Positions 1 through 13,123 of a DNA stretch of 13,123 nt are shown piece after piece. Position 1 is the first letter of the stretch; each line of letters opens with the position of its first letter. Source of the DNA: Azolla caroliniana (lineage: Eukaryota; Plantae; Polypodiophyta); assembly GCA_043228905.1 (NCBI GenBank), contig JBHGNT010000994.1, positions 1 to 13,123 of the forward strand. The letters run 5' to 3'. Both the position numbers and the translations under genes were made by a program. The notes beneath the pieces were generated by a model, which was not told the origin of the DNA, did no database searches, and saw only the letters and a list, made by a program, of their open reading frames with translations.

Positions 1-978
1 AAATGCTACCCTTGAAAATGTTTGTTCACATGGACATGTGTTCTATGCGTCCATAACAAATCTATTTGTAAATGTAGGGAAAACTAATGCACCCATGGTC
101 AAAGCCAAGTAGGAATAAATACGATGATAAAGCCATCAAATGTTTAAGTTCTTTAAAAAACACTTGGAATTTGCTTTGCCAACTGATAAACTGAGGCACA
201 TGCATACAACATCAGATGGAAATTGATGGGCCAACTACCATTTATGCAAATCAAGAATGAAACCACGATAACCTTCAATTATGTCAATGCATTAATGATC
301 CAATTTTTACTACACAGCTAGATCGCTACGGCTTATGGAGGCATTAACTTCATTACGGTTTAGGAAGATACAAGTAGGCTGTATGTGAAGTTAAAGCCTT
401 TGTAAATTAGGTTATACATTAAGATACAAGTGACAAAGCAATAGACGGGTAGATAAAGTCTCAATAGGTCGGTTATACAATTGAACAGAAATGCAAACAA
501 GAACATAGAAACCCAAGTTAAGCCTAAGAAAGTTAGATTGTATAATCGACAATACACGTAAACAAGCAACAAGGAGCTAGGTGAAGTAAGCGCAGGTTAG
601 GTTATACAAACCAGTAATAAGTAATAGAGGTTCAAGTACATGCTCGATGAGTTAAGTTAAATGGTCAAAGACGAAGTGAGAAAGCAAGTAACAAAAGCAA
701 GCATGTCAAAACTCATAGCAAGCCAGGCAAACAACGTAGTAACAAGAAAGAAGCATGTAGGAACTCGTAGCAAAGTTAGGTTAATTAACGCAAGCGAGAG
801 GAGGATACACATGAGCACGTAAAAAACCAGGTGGGCGGGGTGGGGGTGGCGTCTCCGGTTTTTTTTTTCCCCAGGTCGGATTCCAAGTGAAGGAGCAAAC
901 GAAAGGCTAAAAAGGCAAAAATGGAAAGGAAAGGGAGCTTATCGGGCCAGCTCGAGTTTTGTGGTACAGGTGAAGGGA

Positions 979-1007
979 TGGGCCAAAGCTCGGGTCGGTG
1001 TTGGGCC
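979..1007 (+). promoter_or_regulatory. Two TGGGCC motifs (site II / TCP-type; TGGGC is also the core of the plant proteasome-related cis-element), with further TGGGC at 832-836
   Basis: TGGGCC at 979-984 and 1002-1007, about 430-460 bp upstream of the ATG. Function is inferred from motif and position only. Confidence 0.45.
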
Positions 1008-1050
1008 ATCGGGGGCAAAGTGATGGGTCTCGGGGGGGCTATCCAGGCCA

Positions 1051-1175
1051 TCGGATTGTCCGGCCATTATTCGGGTTGTCCGGCCATTATTCGGGTTGTC
1101 TGGCCATTATTCGGGTTGTCTGGCCATTATTTGGGTTGTCCGGCCATTATTTGGGTTGTCCGGCCATTATTCGGG
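1051..1175. repeat. 20-bp minisatellite, unit CGGCCATTATTCGGGTTGTC, 5 full copies (1061-1160) plus partial copies at both ends
   Basis: Read directly. The full copies differ only by C>T at two CG sites. Confidence 0.95.
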
Positions 1176-1178
1176 GGG

Positions 1179-1305
1179 TCCTCTCTTTTTCTCTGTCTCT
1201 TTCTCTCTCTGTCTCTATTTCTCTGTCTCTCTGTTTTTTCTGTGTTTATAAGGAAGCAACGCCATAGCCGCATCCTCTGTTTCTTCTCTCTCTCTCTCTC
1301 TCTCT
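1179..1305 (+). promoter_or_regulatory. Pyrimidine-rich core promoter region: CT-rich tract, TATA-like TATAAG (1247-1252), (TC)10 microsatellite (1285-1305)
   Basis: Y-patch/GAGA-type tract directly upstream of exon 1, typical of plant core promoters and 5' UTRs. The TSS is not known. Confidence 0.5.
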
Positions 1306-1415
1306 GCACGCCTGCGTCTTCTTGTCTTCTGACAAACGAACGAAGGACGCTCCGACCACACGCAGACAAACGAACGAACGCACAGAAGGAGGTGGACAGG
1401 CAGCGGAGCAGGATC

Positions 1416-1433
1416 AAGAAGAAGAAGAAGAAG
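1416..1433 (+). repeat. (AAG)6 microsatellite in the 5' UTR, 5 nt before the ATG
   Basis: Read directly. Confidence 0.9.
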
Positions 1434-1438
1434 CCGCC

Positions 1439-8772
<7,334 letters not shown>

Positions 8773-9949
8773 GCAGTGCATCGATAGTCTTAGTCCATAG
8801 GTTTTGTTTGTTTCATTGGTTTGCAAACATGAATATATCCCATACTTAAAACTGGTCAATGAATATATTTTCACTCATAATGTAAGAATGCTATGGAAAT
8901 CGGAACTCTAATGTAATGTCAACCCAAAGAAGTAGCGTCTGATGGCATATGAGAGTGTGAACTGTGCTCCATCTTATAAGATGGGTAAAGATTTGATTTA
9001 TCTATTTTTTTTGCCATGAACCTGTGTCACATTCATGCATTTAGGCCTATGACGATCTGAGAGAGAGTTTAGTAACCATGAAGCTATCCAATATTGATCA
9101 ATGTCATAGTGTGTTAAATCTCTTTTCTCAGCTCTATGTTTTGTTTTTTTTATTATTAAGTTGGGGGTGTACCATTGTGAAGCTTGTTTTTCTACTCGTC
9201 TTCAATTCATCAATTGGGCTTTGTTTTCAAGTGATCAAGAATGTTCCATTAGCATGCTAATATGGTAAATGAACAAGTCATCTTTTTCTATTTAGGTAAG
9301 CACGCCTTCGACATAAAACGTTGTTTCTCTTTGTGTCATTCTCTGTTTCGTCGTTGAACTTTCTTGGTTTGTAATTTAGTTTCTCTTTCTCTAGATCTCA
9401 TTGTTTCCTTTCATACATATGGTGCAGGGCTTTATATGTAACAGTAGTTACATATATGAAAAGTTAACATAGTTGAAGAAAAATTTGTGAATTCATGGAG
9501 AGTCCTAGTGGAGGGTTGGTTAAATTCACTGGTGCAATTTTGCTGAACAGATCTTGCTAGTAGAGATGAGATCTATGGGACTATAATGTGTTTTGAGGAA
9601 GAAACTTAGGAAACAGCCTTTCATTGAGCACCACATGAACCAAACAAATACTTTTGAATGGATCATGTTGTAACACATTTGGGTTGAGATAAAAGGGAGA
9701 CAATGCAAGGATCTATCTCATTGCTATTTTTGATATGCAAGTGTTGTAGGATGAATGTATATTATGTTTTACGAGTGCATTTTTATGTCGTTGACTCTCT
9801 TTTGATGCAACCTCATGGTCTAATGCATTTCTATATTGTTGAAAGCCTTCATTAAGATTTGCTGCCTTCCAAACATTGCAGGATAAATGGTTGTTGCAGG
9901 GTTTAAAATTCCACCTCCCTCGTGTGCATGTAGAGACTAGCCATTGAGG

Positions 9950-10204
9950 ATGAATATGTTACTCCATTTACTATTTTATGGTAGCATGATTTTGAGGCTC
10001 TAATGGTAGTCTGATCAAAGTAGCATGAACATGTTACTCCGTTTACTAATTTATGGTAGCATGATTTTGAGGCTCTAATGGTAGTGTGATCAAGGTAGCA
10101 TGAATATGTTACTCCATTACTATTTATGGTAGCATGATTTTGAGGCTGCAATGGTAGTGTGATCAAAGTAGCATGAATATGTTACTCTATTACTATTTTA
10201 TGGT
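9950..10204. repeat. Tandem repeat, 73-75 bp unit, about 3.4 copies
   Basis: Units start at 9950, 10025, 10100 and 10173; consensus ATGAATATGTTACTCCATTTACTATTTTATGGTAGCATGATTTTGAGGCTCTAATGGTAGTGTGATCAAAGTAGC. Confidence 0.95.
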
Positions 10205-11432
10205 TGTGTGACTAAAGTTATCATAAAGTAGTAAAGGAAACGATGGTGAATGCATCGCTTAACACTCCATGTTTGAATTCCACCAATCAACTTTGAAGAC
10301 CAAGCATTTTGTCTTTTGGTTGGGCACAAGTCATGCAAAATTGCTTTAAGAGATGGAAGCCGGATAATTCGTTCTCTCTTTCAAGTGGGCACATAATATG
10401 AAAAGATTTGAGGGAAATAATGGTAGCCTAATTGCACCAACTACCCTTGAGCTAACCCCATGTTTTATGTACTTGTGTATGATAATGTTTCAAGCATAAA
10501 AATGCTTCGTGAATTGCACTTTTATTGTCTTCCAAATTCTGTAGGCATTGTTAATTTTCATTAGTGGACACTAATATGTCCTCCCTCTATCTTGGGCCTA
10601 CAATCCTCTTTTAAGAACTCCAGTTTGTTCCAATGCCACGGCGTCAATCATCATATAATGATCATTTCATCACCTCTTGACCATAACCCCTATCTTTTGC
10701 AACAACTTAAGAAATTGTCTTTACTTATTAGTGAAGGGATTCTCAAACGGTTTGTCGTTCAAGAATACTCTGGTTGAATGGTTCCATTCTTGAAACATTA
10801 CGAATTTCAATGATATGATGAACTTTGACTAACTCATAGATATGACAACTAGTCTCTTCTTTGCACCGGCTCCATTTTTCTACTTCTATAACAAGGATTT
10901 TACAATGGTGTGAGCCCTAAATTAGAATAAAGACATGTCTAATGAAGGTTATGGAAATATCACATGCTAGAAAGGAGAAAATGCTAAAATTTTTAGAATG
11001 AATTTGTTTCAAAAATATAATTGGACATGTAAAACAATTGTTGGGGAAATTCAGAACCAAATATATAATAAATGGGTACATAAAGAAAGGATTTGCATTC
11101 CTTCAAAACATTTCGATAAGACAAGGGAGTTTTCTATAGTAAAGATGTATTTTTTCTTGACGTTTGTCTAAGTTGTTCCAAAGGATAGTTTGTCGAGAAT
11201 TGCGAAACTTTCAAGACTCTTATACATTGATGTGAACTTTATTTGTGGTTAATAATTGTAGTTACTAAATCATACTAATGCTCGTGGTGTGTGAGAGGGC
11301 CTTGTTGAAACATTCGCATGGTGTCCCTTAATTGAGGATTACGTAGAGGTCTTGAGTTGGGTCTACATGTATTAAGAGTGTATTGTCTGAAAATAATATG
11401 TCCATTGTCCAATACAATTGTTGACGTGATAT

Positions 11433-11451
11433 TCTCTCTCTCTCTCTCTCT
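11433..11451 (+). repeat. (TC)9 microsatellite
   Basis: Read directly. Confidence 0.9.
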
Positions 11452-12237
11452 AATGGTCACACACATTGATGAAAAAAGATTCCCGCATGGACTTCAAAAT
11501 GTTCATACACGTATATGAAAAGTCTTTACCTAGTGTAATATGATTAAGGATACAATGAGCTATCATTCTATTCACCAAGAAAGAGAAAGACATTTAGACT
11601 AATGTGTGTGTTATGTATGATATGGAAAGCAAATTGCTAGCATGGGTATGCCGTACACACATATACATTGAGCATAATAATATATCCACTATATAGTTTC
11701 CGAATTGATTGGAATTTGCACTTCGAACTATTGAAGCTTTGAATAAGCCAAATATGAATAGTTCTTGAATGCACACATAGAAAACAAGATATTCAAAGTT
11801 TGCATTAATTTCAATCGTTGTGTTTATGCGGGTGTATCCTTCAATACACCTCAAAATGAAGATAATGAACACGTGATTCCAGTCTATTACCAATCCCTTC
11901 TCTAAGAGATGGTCTATTGTTTTGACAAGCATAGTTAGGGTAGTTTATTGGAAAGTTTACATTGACATAAATAGTTTCAAATATTAAAAAGTTCTTGAAC
12001 TTAGAAATATAGCTCTTGATTCCATAAAAACAACACATATTATTTCTTTACTAAAGAACACTCCATGTGCTTCTAGTTGTAATTATCATCAATATATTCA
12101 TCGTTTGTGCTTGTGATCTTGATGCTACAATAGTTCCAAACAAGTAATTGGATTTTTTTTGTCTCTCAGCAACTTCATTCTCATTATGATTTGCATGTGA
12201 TGAAATATCTTGAACTTACGTAATGATATACGCATAG

Positions 12238-12349
12238 GCTTCTCCAAATCACATCACCCCTTTGCTACAAGACTTTAGAAGAAACATGTGTATGCTTCTC
12301 AAAATCACATCATCCTTATGCTACAAGAGTTTCTAAAAACCATGAGTAC
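12238..12349. repeat. 56-bp tandem duplication, 2 copies, about 80% identical
   Basis: 12238-12293 vs 12294-12349 align ungapped with 11 mismatches by hand count. Confidence 0.85.
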
Positions 12350-13123
12350 ATAGCTATCAAACAATATACATACATCCATACACATAAACATACATGCAAT
12401 TTTGTTTTGCTTAAAGGGACGGATTTGAAACAAGGCATCACTTGCGTAAGTACACTGTCAAGGCATTACATTCTTTTGCTATTTACAACATTTTAGACAT
12501 TCTCCATCTAGCAATTGATTCATTCATTATCTAAAACCTTGAACATAAACATTTAAAGATGATTTACTTATGTTATGCCTTAGGGATTTTGGTTCAAATC
12601 TCAAAATCTAGATTTGATGGTACTAGGTTTGTAATAAAAAATATTTTTTAGCAAAGATCTTGTGCATGAGGAACTACTCCAAAAAAATATGGCTTTACAA
12701 GTCATACTCCACAACCCACGGATTGAAAATATACCAACATGTGAGGATATGATACAAAATATTGCTATTAGATTATATATATTGTTGGTCTTCATCAATG
12801 TTTTGAGAGAATTTGATACCTAAGAGAGTATTGATGCCAATATGTAGCACAAAACCTATGAAGAATTATGAATCCTTAGAGATATGCTCATAGTAGCCGT
12901 GATTGCATAGTCCAAATTTATTAAAAGCATAAATCCCAATCATACACATGAAATCTGGGCTAAAACATAATGTTAGATTTAAATAAACACGACGACTAGT
13001 TTCTTGAATAATAAATGTACAACAAGATGCATATATAACTTGAAATACAGTGCCGTCGTGGGTCTTTCTATTGGAATTTAGTGGGTTTTTAAAACTACAC
13101 GTGGCACCGAAGACAACAAAATT

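Noticed and set aside
1011-1019. GGGGGCAAA resembling the yeast Rpn4 PACE element GGTGGCAAA
   Set aside because: One mismatch in the core, and Rpn4/PACE is a fungal system.
1051-1175. 20-bp repeats as a CRISPR array or plasmid iterons
   Set aside because: Head-to-tail copies without spacers in a plant gene promoter, with no Rep or cas gene.
9433-9456. Perfect 10-bp hairpin TATATGTAAC-AGTA-GTTACATATA as a Helitron 3' end or terminator
   Set aside because: The stem is AT-rich, no CTRR follows at the expected distance, and bacterial terminators do not apply here.
9950-10204. CRISPR-like look from the recurring GTAGCATGA core, and the 9903..10166 minus ORF
   Set aside because: The sequences between cores are themselves repeated rather than unique spacers, there are no cas genes, and the context is eukaryotic. 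The ORF is a by-product of the repeat.
13098-13105. G-box/ABRE CACGTGGC at the window edge
   Set aside because: An isolated 8-mer with no associated gene inside the window.
10230-13123. Short ORFs (10592, 11275, 11594, 11841, 12601) as a second gene or transposase remnant
   Set aside because: No recognisable domain or consistent exon chain in the frames I translated. It may be decayed TE sequence, but that cannot be supported without a search.

Overview
This is eukaryotic (flowering-plant-like) genomic DNA, not prokaryotic. It holds one complete, intact 9-exon gene on the + strand encoding the 26S proteasome AAA-ATPase subunit RPT6 (regulatory subunit 8 homolog, SUG1/PSMC5 family). The CDS is join(1439..1583,4189..4286,4360..4584,4689..4751,4829..4992,7370..7526,7645..7743,8422..8532,8632..8772), 1203 nt, 400 aa, with all introns GT-AG. 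The ORF track shows only fragments of it, and the other listed ORFs look like noise. The promoter has TGGGC(C) sites, a 20-bp minisatellite and CT/GAA microsatellites. The downstream flank has a 75-bp tandem array and a 56-bp duplication. I see no new multi-gene system. The most unusual signals concern splicing: a triplicated intron-5/exon-6 acceptor with two strong decoy 3' splice sites, a candidate poison cassette exon in intron 5, and a candidate intron downstream of the stop codon. All three would lead to NMD-type transcripts and all need RNA-seq to test.
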